Shown here: piece by piece, positions 24,089-36,477 of the stretch
How the letters are laid out: every line of letters starts with the position of its first letter
How positions within the stretch are numbered: position 1 is the first letter of the stretch
Assembly (NCBI GenBank): GCA_043228905.1
Contig: JBHGNT010000004.1
Location: 23,002,001-23,066,000, forward strand
Reading direction: 5' to 3'
Length of the DNA: 64,000 nucleotides
DNA from: Azolla caroliniana
Lineage: Eukaryota; Plantae; Polypodiophyta
The notes under the pieces: model-generated
The model's input: only the letters and a program-made list of their open reading frames with translations
What the model was told of the DNA's origin: nothing
Databases searched by the model: none
Made by a program: the position numbers and the translations under genes

Positions 24089-27000
24089 TCAGGCACTAGA
24101 GGGTAACTTGGCCGATCTTGTAATGCGCTTGTTGTTGGTGCCAGATTTTTCTGATTTTACATTCTTCTTTATCTTAAAGCCTTTAGGTATGAGCTGACTA
24201 AGTGGCACTTCATCATCAGAGGCATCAGAGACAGGCGTGGATGCGCAGGCACCTTGTACTGGTGGCAAGCTTGAGAGAGCAACTATGTTTTCTGCAACTG
24301 CAATGCTTGTACACAAATCCACAAAGGTGCTGTCGATAGACAAATTATCACTCATCTTCTGAATGCTTGTACTCCTAGCGATCTTTATTGCCCTATCATC
24401 ATCACCGATGCCTATACACTCGTTCTTATTAGACTCCTGTATGTGGACCGTGGCAGTAGTCATGGTCAACTCCTCTTGTACAATGGATGTCACCTCATTC
24501 TTAAGACAACGTTGTTCGCTCTGAGTACAATCAGGCCCACCTTCATTAGTAACGTTGTTCGCTCTACACTCCTCATGGGATTCTGTACAATCAGGCTTAT
24601 CTTCAGGGAAAGCGATGTTCTTTCCGCGATCCTCATGGGCTTCACAAGACACTACTAGCACATTCTCAGTACAATCAAGCTCCTCTTCATTACTAGCAAT
24701 GTTCTTTCCATGATCCTCATGGGAATCTTTAGATAGTACTAGCACGTTATCAGTACAATCAGTCTTCTCTTTAGCACTTGCCACATTATCAGTACAATCA
24801 ATCTTCTCTTCAGTACTTGCCATATTCTTTCCACACTCTTCATGGGCTTCAATCTTCTCTTCAGTACTTGCCATATTCTTTCCACACTCATAGGCTTCTT
24901 TAAACATAATGTTGTTTGTACATGCCAATTGCTCTTCACATATGAATGCTTCGTTTTTCTCACAATCCTCATGTGTGGAAGATGTGCTTCCAGAGTCTGC
25001 CTCCTTGCAAAGGTTAATTTGATTCTGACTCTGATGGGAATCTGATTCTGCACTTGTGCTCCATGAAGTTCCCGATTCATTTGATTGCAGTTGGGAATCA
25101 GACTGCTCTTGTAAACCTAATTAATGGGATTCCAAAGAATATTGGTATGAACTCACATACTCAAAAGTTTGCAAACAATGAACATAGGGTTTAGGGCCAC
25201 ATTTTTACCTAATGTTACATCGTCATACTGTACAACCGTAGATACCCCATTGCAAGTGGTGGGCTCGGTCATCTTCTCCACAACATCTAGGTGCTCAACA
25301 GTGTTGTTATGATCTATAATAACAACAAAAATAGGGTTGTTATGAGCTAAATCATTGTTTTCAAAGTCTGGCTTTTGACGTGTACCTGGGAGTGTGATAA
25401 ATTCGTCTTCATGATCAGGTTTTGGACTCGTATCTCCGTCACCAAATATCATTTCATCATCAGCTAGTAACACAAGTACATGGTATTAGACAATGGATTA
25501 GGTTGACAATGCTCCAGACAGGTGAGAACTTATATGACTCACCATTGCATTCAACTTTTCCTTTCTTGCCGTTTCCATACAACATTCTTGCAACATTTCT
25601 CTTCTTACTGGGCTCTATTTGTAAAGAAACTGCATTTCTCTTCTTAGTGGGCTCTATTTCTTGATGTTGACCGGAGCTTGGGGAATTTGTTTGTAGAAGC
25701 ATATGTTCCACTGCTCCAATGGCCCTTCTCATACATTCATCCTCATCATAAAAATCATAGGTTATTGGTAATGATGGTCCCTGAACCTTGGAATGTGCAG
25801 CAGATATTGAGGGTTTAGGCACAGGGGTTGGTTGTTCCATTACCTTCCCTGGCATGGAGTTGCTTGACACTACAACATTCATTGCAAGAAACAAAAAAAC
25901 CTTGAATGTTAGTACCATCATCTAAAATATATAATGTAGGTCACAAGAGCTGCTTCCCATTTTACACAATGTACCAATCATGAACAATGTACTACTCACA
26001 TAGTTCCTAAATTACTGAACTAGTACTAATAAGGAACACTGTACTGCTCACTTAGTTCCCAATTTACACGATTAGTACTAATCATGCACAATATACACAA
26101 GTAGTACTAATCATGCACAATATACTACTCACTTAGTTACCAAATTACACAAGTACTAATCCCGAAAAATGTACCACTGACTTAGTCAAATTAATAAGTA
26201 GTACTAATCTTGAACAATGTACTACTCACTTATTTCCTAAATCACTGAACTAGTACTAATCCCGAACAATGTACTGCTCACTTAGTTCCCAATTTACACA
26301 AGTAGTACTAATCATGCACAATATACTACTCACTTAGTTACCAAATTACACAAGGAGTACTAATCCCGAACAACGTAATGCTCACTTAGTTCCCAATTTA
26401 CACAAGTAGTACTAATCATGCACAATATACTACTCACTTAGTTACCAAATTACACAAGGAGTACTAATCCCGAACAATGTAATGCTCACTTAGTTCCCAA
26501 TTTACACAAGTAGTACTAATCATGCACAATATACTACTCACTTAGTTAGCAAATTACACAAGGAGTACTAATCCCGAACAATGTACCACTGACTTAGTCA
26601 AATTACACAATTAGTACTAATCCTGAACAATGTACTACTCAACAATGTACCACTGACTTAGTCAAATTACACAATTAGTACTAATCCTACAAAATGTACT
26701 ACTCACTTATTTTCTAGATTATTGATCTAGTACTAATAAGGTACAAAACTAGTACTAATAAGGAACAAAGTACTACTCAGTTCCCAAATTACAAAACTAG
26801 TATTAATCATGAGTAATGTACTGGTAACTTAGTTCACAAAGTACAGAACTAGTACTAATCATGAACCATGTAGTACTTACTAAGTACTAATCCAACAAAT
26901 GTAGATTGGTATTTTGCACACAAGTAATACTAAACATGATATGTCTTCTACACACCTAGTTACATAACTTGTACTAATTACACCAACAGTATTAATCTTG

Positions 27001-28747
27001 AACAGTATTAGTACTAACCGTGATATGTGTTTGACACACCTCATTTCCAAATTACAATAATTGTACTATTATTCAACAATTTACTATACACCTTGTTCCC
27101 AAATTACATTACTAGTACTAATTCCCAAGTTACACAAACAATCTTAACAGTCAACAGTGTACTATAAGTATAGTGTTTACTAAACTAATACTAGGCAAGT
27201 TGCAATATAGATTGGACGATGTTGTACCTGGTTCCCTTTTAGTACTACTAATTGTGGAAAATATCCCTTCAACTACACATACCAATTATATATTAAGAGT
27301 ACTGCCAATACTAACCCACATAATTAGGGTTCCACATAATAGTTGTTAGAGATTACACTAAATTTGAAGTATGAATTGTGGCATACACTAGTTCTAGTCC
27401 AAATGTTAATTGACATCATATAATACAAACAATAGAATAGTAGAGCCACATACCGTACGGGTGTACTTTTAAACCCCAAGCATAGTACCACTCAGCAGCA
27501 ATTGTAGTTTTACAGTCCATACATGTATTCTCTTTCTCAAAATGATACTTAGCACATAGCACATGATATGTGTGCAAGCATGGTGTAATCACAACATCCA
27601 TAGCCTCCAGCTTGAATCCGAGGCCACAAAATATACACCTGGAAGATTGCAAACACAAGTTATAATATATTAGTTGCTCACTTATTTATACCAGAGAAGT
27701 AGAAATAAATAACTTTTAAAGCCAATACCGTGATATAGCTATACTAATAATGGTACTTTCTATACCACTTGGGTGCTCAATTACAGATGGACACAAAGTA
27801 TCAAAACCATTTTGTTTTAAATCCTGCATCAAGCATGCAAGGTTCTCAGAATGCAACTTTAAGGCTGACAACTTATTATCTATTTCTTCATGTGCATTCC
27901 TGCAAGTATCAAGGTCTCTCATCTGTGAACCTAATTGAGTGCCCATATTGTTTAGCTCTTTCTTCAACTCCTCTTTCAACACCTCACTTTCTGAATTTTG
28001 GATTGTCGATGCAATCCATTCATATGTAGTTTTTATTGAAGAAAATTTCTTTTCTGCCTGTATCTCAGCTGATTTAACTGCTTCCAAATCAGCAAGTAGT
28101 GTTTGTATTCTTGAGCTCATAGAAGCTATGCAACCGGCCATCATCTGTTCATGCTTTTCAGTCATTGTGGCCCGTACCTTTGCCTCTAGAACTTGGTGGA
28201 TAGGTGTTATAGCTAGAATATCCACATGAGAGGTTCCAGATGACTTCAAGCCAGTGTTGGTACTGGAGGACCCTTTGTAATGTTCTGACCGGTGCCGATT
28301 AAAATCTTCCCAATTTACGTCAATGCCACCTTGAACTTCACATGCAAAAGCACGTGCAAAAACAGTACCCACCTCATTGTTAGTGATTTGATTTGTATCA
28401 TAAACATGTTCGTATCTCGTCTTCAATAAATTCATGTATTCCCTCTTCAAACCACTTATGTGGAATCCTCGCCTTGTGTCGGGATGTGCTGACCCCCAGG
28501 TTTTTAACAACCACTCTCTCAGCTCTGGATACACGTCAGGTCGTCCTCGAAGGAAATAATTCCATCCAAGAGGTGTGTCTCGACTGATGGAGTGGTACAT
28601 CTTCTTTCTCTGTGTTGATGAATTCATCACCCTTTCTCTTGTGGGTGTCTTCTTGCTTTCTTTCATGGGTGTCCTTCTTCCTTCCTTCACTGGTGTCTTC
28701 ACTTTCTCTTTCATCAATGTCTTCTTTATGGGTGTCCTTCTCGTCAT
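24089..28747 (-). CDS. Spliced accessory gene inside the Sola2-type element: TPxK repeats, coiled coil, RING-H2 finger, acidic repetitive tail (937 aa predicted)
   Basis: Exons 28747-27729, 27638-27454, 25869-25543, 25463-25209, 25116-24089; all GT-AG and phase compatible, 2814 nt without internal stop; CIFC-x15-CLHTYHVLC-x10-CMDC. Confidence 0.75.
25970..26900. repeat. AGTACT-rich minisatellite, 52-bp subunits in a 104-bp higher-order unit, in intron 2 of the accessory gene
   Basis: ACTAATCATGCACAATATACTACTCAC at 26307, 26411, 26515; degenerate at both flanks. Confidence 0.9.
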
Positions 28748-28814
28748 TGTCCTAGTCAACACAATTCTCAGGGAATGAATATGCATGTACTAGAAGAAAA
28801 CTCAAGCAATTACC

Positions 28815-29170
28815 ATCAACACATAGCAAATCATCACATTGCATGTACAAACCATGTCAAACACACAATAACCCTAAATAGTCGGAAAAAAACTCATCCA
28901 TGTCAAACACACAGACAATAAAAACAGACGGATAGGAAAGTCAAAGAAAACGAAAACATTGTAAATCATCATAGCCAACTCCATCACATCGCATGTACAA
29001 GCCATGTCAAACACACAAAAACCCAAAATAGTCGGAAAAACACTCATCCATGTCAAACTCACACAAAATAAAACAGATGGACAGGAAACAAGAACAAAAC
29101 GAAAACATAGCAACTCATCATAGCCAACTCCATTTACGTTGCATGTACAAACATGTCTAACACACAACCA
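28815..29170. repeat. ~150-bp tandem repeat (2-3 copies)
   Basis: CATCACAT.GCATGTACAA.CCATGTCAAA near 28832, 28982 and 29130. Confidence 0.8.
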
Positions 29171-30104
29171 CCTCGATCAAAATATTTTCATACATTTTTA
29201 AAAGAAACATAGAGAAACACAGAGAAAACAAAAACATACCAGTTGGGCATGCAACACATAGACTATGAATAATCAAACCCTAAAAATGACCATACACATG
29301 CAAATAAAAAACAGACAGACGGGAAACATTCAGAAAAAGAAAACATACCAGTTGGGCATGCAACACAGAGAATACCTGGAGGTCGTACAACTTGCAGAGG
29401 TACCACACCGTGTTGATTTCGACAAACGAGGCTGCTGTAGAGGAGACAAACGAGCATAGACCGAGGAAACAAACGAGCATACACAAGGAAGGAAAATCAA
29501 CAACACATACAACAAGCAGGGGAAACAAAAATCTCTGCGTTCAGAGATCGAACCTGGCATAGAGGGGAACACAAGAACAGCTACGCGGGGAAACAGAGAA
29601 TCGAAGGTGGAGTGAGAGAGAGAAACAGAAAGAAAGAAAGAAACAGAGCTTTGAAGGTGGAGTGAGAGAGAGAAAGAGAGAGATAGACCTGTAATAGATA
29701 TGTCGTCTTTCTTTAACTTTCTGCCACTGTCTGTCTGACAACTTCGAGACAGAAGAGAGAGAGAGAGAGAGAGAGAGTGAGTGAGTGAGTGAGAGAGAGA
29801 GACATACCAATTGACACGTTCGACTACCCATACCAGAGAGAGAGAGAGAGAGAGAGATACTGAGACTGACCAACTGTCACAATGGATACCTTCTCCAGGT
29901 GTGCTTTCGTACAACTCTACCTAGGAGACTGGGGCAACAATTAATGTATTAAATATGGCCTAGGGACATTTCGAGTGTGATGTACAATATCTTTGTGCAT
30001 TCGAGTGTGACGTAATGAGTTTGTTTTTTGTTTTTTGAAACTTATTTACAATTTTTAATGTTTATTTTCTTCTTCGATTTAGTACTAAATTTTTGGCCAA
30101 AAGT

Positions 30105-30130
30105 TGGTACACCGTAGCATGCTTCGACCC
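30105..30130 (-). repeat. Right TIR
   Basis: TGGTACACCGTAGCATGCTTCGACCC followed by TSD ATGG. Confidence 0.95.
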
Positions 30131-30134
30131 ATGG

Positions 30135-31973
30135 AGAGTTCGGTTTTCAAATGTTATTATTCCTCGTAAAGTACGTATGGGGTATTGCTCCATTTGTGCA
30201 AATCTTAAAAGTTTGGCTAAAGGTGCAAAGACATCAATGGAAAAGGATACGAGTAAGAAGTTACTACAAGAGCATCGTGAGGCACAATCCTTAGAACGAA
30301 GGAAGGCGATGCATCATAGAGAGAAGTGTTTGAAGAGGCCCGAACAATACATGTGCTTAATGATAGATGGCATGGACCAGAAGAAGACATGCTTGCCGCA
30401 TATGCGGAGGCTCCCCAAAGATGTCAATGATGAGTGCCTTGTTCAAATGCACTTGGTGGGATGCTTGGCTTATAATAGGTCTGTTCGACCTCACGTCTTC
30501 ATTACTTACCCCAATGTTCACAATGAACCTAACCTAACAGTTACAGTGATTCACCGAGTTTTGATGTCTTGGGGACAACCTTTCCCCCCTGTTCTATACA
30601 TTCAATTGGACAATACTGCTAGAGAGAACAAAAATTCAACTGTATTTGGCTATCTAAGTATGTTGGTCAACCTAGAATTGTTTAGGAAAGTGAAAGTCAA
30701 TTTCCTTTTGGTTGGCCACACACATGACCATATAGATCAGATGTTTAGCACATTCTCCAGACAGTTGTCTCGGCATGATGCTTTCACTTTACCTAAACTA
30801 TTTGATGTCATTTGTGATGCTTATACACCACGCCCAAAAGTGTTACACTTGAAGGAGGTATATGACTTTAAGAGATATATATTAGATGGGGGTGGTGGGA
30901 ATGTTAAAGTGCTTGCTCAGTTAAACAATATAAGTTTCAATCACATTTTTTTGATAAAGAAAAATGGAATAAGTGGTTCTACACTTTTGTATGCTAAACA
31001 ATATTCATCTTCTACAACATGGGAACCTGAAGGTGGTTGCTAGTTATTACTTTGTATGCCAAGTACAATTGTCCATGGAGCTAAGCAAATGCCAATTGAG
31101 AAGAAAGGACAGTTGCAGAGCGACTTGGTATCAGAACAAAAACGGTCATGGGTCCAAGCCTTAGAAGAAAAAAGAAAGCATATTGAGGCTGCCAAGAAAT
31201 ATGCCGCACAACAAGACACGTCATGGTGGGATGTATTTTATAGTGATCAGAAAGAAATTATAGACAATTGTGTATCTGTTGATAATTGGAATTTGGAAAC
31301 GCCATTCACATGGTCGCTGCAACATGATCGCGTAAATAGAAGTCCGGAGCAACTAGTAAATGCGATTAATGACAGCTTGGTCCATCCACAACAAAGAGAC
31401 ATTTATGTGGGACCAAGGATGATGAAAGCAGCCGAAGCTAGATGGCAAGGAAATTTGCAAGAGCTCACCGCAGGGATGTTGATTGCAACGCCGGCTGATG
31501 AGAACTCACATGGCCACCAATTTTGGGTTGGTAAAATTCTAGAAGTGCTAATGCATGAAATAGAAAACACGATCAAGTCTATAAATGTTCATTGGTACAA
31601 CACTAGAAGTGCAAATGCTTTTACAGGTAAGTATACATTGGAGATGATTGAATGCCAAACAAGAAGGGGAGGTAGGAAGAGGAAGTGAAACATTCGTAAC
31701 ACCTCGACCCTTGATATCGCTGATGTGGATATCATCGTGTACGACTTCACACTTACAAAAGCCGGACGATTAAGGAAGTCAACAATAGATATAATAAAAG
31801 AAAAATTACCAGGTCTACAAGGTGGCTCGAGTCAAAGGCAAACGAGATCTGCTACATATAATCTAGAGTTAAACCATTTGGTTTATGACGAAGATAATGC
31901 ACTGATTGGTACATCTGAGGATGATGAGGAGGAATCGTCATTGTATATTAGTTATAGTAGTGATTCTCCGTAA
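30135..31973 (+). pseudogene. Sola1-like/DUF7869-type transposase catalytic and C-terminal part, two nonsense codons
   Basis: CSIC, MIDGMDQKKTCLP, YIQLDNTARENKN, FLLVGHTHDHIDQMFS; ORFs 30093, 31056, 31725 in one frame separated by TAG 31041 and TGA 31686. Confidence 0.88.
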
Positions 31974-34900
31974 AGGAGTGATCATGAATGTATATTTGGC
32001 TATTAAGTGTAACTACATTCCGCTTGTAACAAATCGAGTAATATAAAATCATGTGTTTTGAATTCTTATGATTTCTAAAAAATCGTTTCTTATAAAATAA
32101 CATTGGTTGTAAAGTTTGTGATATAAATTGAGAATGTATGTTTTTGAAATTCGTCTTTTTTTAGTTACTTCTAAATCACGAAAATAGTGGATTTTTAACC
32201 TTTTTCATAGTATGTTTGAACTTGTATGATACTGGTATCAATGTGTTTTGTAAAATCATTGAAAAACCCCTAAAATTTCCCTTATCCTTCCATTTATGCG
32301 CGATCCTTCCACTTGTGAACGCGAACGTGTTTACCAACTAGTGTAGGGAAACTGCACTTTCTACTGTTTACAAAACTAACCTAGTATGTCCTCTAGCTAG
32401 TGTGCAACCATTTCATTCTCAACACGCCCCTTCGAACACAACTTCTTGGTGCCGAAAAGTTGGTTCGGTTTGATCATCAATTCAGTTGAATCGGCTTTCG
32501 GAAGGTCAGTCGACACAACTTGATTATCATTGTATTTTGATTCCTCTGGTTAGTTTTGATCGACTAATCAGTGGTTGTTCGGCATCGACAACTACTACTG
32601 TTTTTCGGTGCTCCCCCTCAAGCGCAACGGGTCGATGATGGAGAGACCAAGGTTCATCACGAACTGTCGCAGCTTGTCGATACCCAAGACTTTTGTGAAG
32701 ATGTCGGCCACGTGAAGATTTGTGTTGATGTGTTGTAAATTAACATCTCCAGCTCGAATGAAGTGATAGTGCACTTCGATATGCTTAGTCTGCGTGTGGA
32801 ACACACGGTTCCGAGCCAAGTAGATATTCTCAGGGATAGTACTAGAGGCAAGGAGAATTAGTATCATGATAGATATTGCTCATGTTCTCGTAGTATAGGA
32901 GAATCAGATCCTTGATGGGAACACCCAGATCCTTCGATATGCGCTTCAGCCAAAAGGCCTTGCATGCGGCGACTGTCGCGCCCCTGTATTCGGTCCTTGT
33001 GCTCAACAGTGCGATTGTCGGCTGCTTTTTTTTGCTCCAAGATATCGCTCCGATGTCGAGGGAGAAGACAAATCCGGATGTCGATCATCTATTGGCCTTA
33101 TAGCCAACCCAATACGCATCTGTGTACCCTTCAGGTCGAATTATCGTATCCGGCTTGTACATGATGCCGAAATCCATCGTCCCACGGACATACCTAAGTA
33201 CTCTCTTAGCACAATCGAGATGAACATTTTGAGGGTTCTACATGAACTGGCTAAGTAGACCGATCGAATAGCTGAGATCGGGTTGTGTGTTGGTTAGATA
33301 GATTAAGCAACCGATCAATTGACGATACTAAGTCGGCTCACAATTTTCCGTTCCCGAATCGGCATTGACCTTGAGATTTCGATCAAGAGGGGTACACACA
33401 GGTTTGCACTCAGTCATCTCAAACTTGTAGAGTAAGTTGAGAATGCAGTGCCATTGAGAGATCAATATCCCAACTGATGTCCGAATTACTTCGATACCGA
33501 GGAAGTAATGGACCTTGAAGTACTAAAAATTACAAGTAAAAGTTATCTGCCCCTAGGCTTACATCATAATGTCTTTCATTTCATTTCATTCATGTCTTTC
33601 ATTTCGAATCTACCGGATAAGAGTGATTTGACCATAGTAATGTCGGCAAGATCCTTTCCTCGGATGACGAGATCTTCCATGTACAGGATGATGACAATCG
33701 GGTTGGTTGACTCGTTTTTTATGTATAGGGAGTTGTTTGATTTCAACATTCAGAAGATGCCAAGTACATGGTTCTTGCTTGAGTCCATATAGGCTTCTTT
33801 AGTCGGCAAACTACTTTCAGTTGTTTGCTCAATTCGAACTCGGGTGGTTGAATCATGAAGACCTCCTCTTCTAATTCACCTTGTAGGAAGGCGTTCTTTA
33901 TGTCCATCTAGTGGAGGTGCCACCATTTTGCAGCTACGAGAGCAATGACTGCCCGAATAGTCGTCATTTTTGCTATCTGGGAAAAGGTCTCGTTGTAATC
34001 GACTCTGTGCGTTTGGGCATATCCCTTCGCTACGAGTCAGGCCTTGAAGCAATTTAACGAGCTGTCAACATTATATTTTACTTTATATATCCACGTACAA
34101 CCGATCGCTTTCTTATGTGGAGAATGGGGGATGAGATCCCATGTCTTGTTTTTGCATAAAGCCTCCATTTCTTCATTCATGGCTTCAATCCATCGTGGAT
34201 CCTTGGATGCCTCAGAAAAGGTTTCTGGTTCTCAGACTGTCGCCACCTTCATCATAAAGGCATAATGATATGCCATATACTCATCTTAGCTGAATCGACT
34301 AACTCGGTTTTTCTCTCAAGTGGAGCGACGGAGCTTCTCGTTTGCAGAGACTAGGGCTTTCTTTGCTCCATTCATCCGGATGATTGGGATGTCAAGGCCT
34401 TCGAACTCATTGTCACAGGAGTGAGTTGACTTGTTGTTGATCCGATCTTCGTATTCTGGCATTTTGGCCTTCCTTTTGTTGACCTTCAGACTCGGCCAAG
34501 ATGTGCTTTGATCACTCGAGGGCTCTTGTGGTCCACTCAGCCTTTTTGTAATCAGACTTTCTTCGAACATGTGCCTCAGTCAATCTTCATCTTCTATCTT
34601 TCATTTGGCGGAATCCGGATCGACTAGGCTCGGACTCGAAATCATCTCCGGTTCGTACCAGGATGCTAACTCATCGAATATGATGTCTCGACTCACCCAA
34701 ACTTCGTGGGTGGTTGGATTGTAACATTTGTGCCCCTTTTGTTCGGGTGAGTACCCTACGAGGATACATTTCTCCGAGTTCAGGTCGAGCTTTTGTCTCT
34801 TCTCGTTGGGAATATGCACATAGGCGATTGAGCCTAATATCCGGATATGTGATAGATCCGGCCTCTTTCCGAAAAACTTCTCATGAGGGGTTACGTCGTG

Positions 34901-36477
34901 TACCCCGAAGGTTGTACATTTGTTCATGAGATAGACGGTTGTGTTATCTGCTTCTGCCCAGTACGATTTTGGCAGGTTCTTCTCGTTCAGCATGGCCCTT
35001 GCTACCTTTACTATGTGCCAATTCTTTCGTTTGGCTACTCCGTTTTGCTGAGGTGTGTGTCGGCACGAGAATTCTCGTCGAATTCCTTCCTTTCGGAGGT
35101 ACACAGTAAACTCGTCCGAGAAATACTCCTTACCTCCATCCGATCAAAGGCATCGGACATGCCGACTTGTGGCTTTTTCAACTTCGTTTTTAAACCGTTG
35201 AAAGTGTCCGAACACTTCATTCTTCTATCGCATACGATACATCCAAGTGTGCCTCGAGAAGTCGTCGATGAACGTGACATAGTATCAGCAACCACTGAAT
35301 GTTGCCATCTGGGCTAATCCCCACACATCTGAATGTACTACATCTAGGATCCTTTTGCTCACATTCCTCTCTTTCAATAATGGTTGTCGGTGTTGTTTGT
35401 CGAATTGGCAAGCATCACATACACCAACTATCTCCTTTTCGGTAAATGTCGGGGGTCTGATTACGACGCCTTTCGACTGCATTCCTTTAAGATTTTGGAG
35501 ATTGATGTGGCCAATTCGCTTGTGCCACAGTTTCAAGTCGGTTTCAACTTTGAGGCCTTTGGCAAACATAGCTGACTTCACCTCGTTCAATTCAAGGATG
35601 AACATTCGGCCTTCTCTTCGACTGTGAGCTACTAGTCGGCCTTCATTCTCAATAAAGCACCCTTCATTATTGAATCGTACTTGCATGCCTTGTTCAACAA
35701 TTTGGCAAGAGGATTGTTCCAATCATCTTGCCATTGGTGGGAGTTGCATTCTCAGGTCGGCTGACCATGTCGCCCTCAGCCGAATCCTCTTCCATCATCC
35801 AATTGGGAGTAGAGCATTTGACCATTTGGTACATTGCTCCTTTGTCGGACATGATTTTCTTCCACCAATAATATCAATTGAAGCTCGAAAAATGAGGGGG
35901 GGTTCTCCCTTGCAAGAATGGCCAATCTAATCATGCCGAATTGCGGTGCTAATCCGCCGAAGCATATTTCCACCATTTCTTCATCGTCGATGATGACGTT
36001 AATCGATCGAAGGGCATCGCATAACTCCTTGATCTTCAAGGTATAGCTAGTGATCGATATGTCCCTTTGTTGGATATTGTTTAACTCGTGTCGGAGTTGG
36101 TTGGAGCTTACGTGCATCCGTGTTGGCTATGAAAATCTTCTTGAGATTACCCCAAGCTTCTTTCGGAGTTCTCGACTCTCAAATATAGTTGAGCATGTGA
36201 TCATGAACGCATGATGCAAGGCAATACAACACACGGTTTGCAAACCCTAAACCCTCAATATAGCTCCAATACCCTTGTCTGACAAGGCATTGATGCATCT
36301 TGTATTCCCAAGATGCGAACTTTGTCCTATCGAGCTTCTCCGTAGGAAGAGCACTTCCCATTTGAGAATTCATGATGTCGATTTCTTCTCTGTTGTTGAA
36401 CTGGTTCTGTTAATTGTTGATGTGTAACACAACGCAGTCAATTAAGCTTGATCAGAAAACCACACGCTCTGATACCA

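Larger units (their letters stand above)
20412..30130 (+). mobile_element. Sola2-type cut-and-paste TIR transposon, 9.7 kb, both ends intact
   Basis: 26-bp TIR GGGTCGAAGCAYGCTACGGTGTACCA (1 mismatch), 4-bp TSD ATGG (20408-20411, 30131-30134), GGG...CCC termini, DFAENY transposase. Confidence 0.9.
19542..32334 (+). mobile_element. 5'-truncated DNA transposon with Sola1-like/DUF7869-type transposase, containing nested Sola2-type element
   Basis: Transposase motifs; right end abuts Copia-3 LTR at 32334/32335 with ATCCTTCCA subterminal repeats; left end absent. Confidence 0.75.

Noticed and set aside
25970-26900. CRISPR-like regularly spaced repeats
   Set aside because: Units are tandem with no unique spacers, no cas genes, eukaryotic intronic context
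29330-29914. 194-aa minus-strand ORF
   Set aside because: SLSLSL translation of (TC)n microsatellites; probably 5' UTR/intron of the accessory gene
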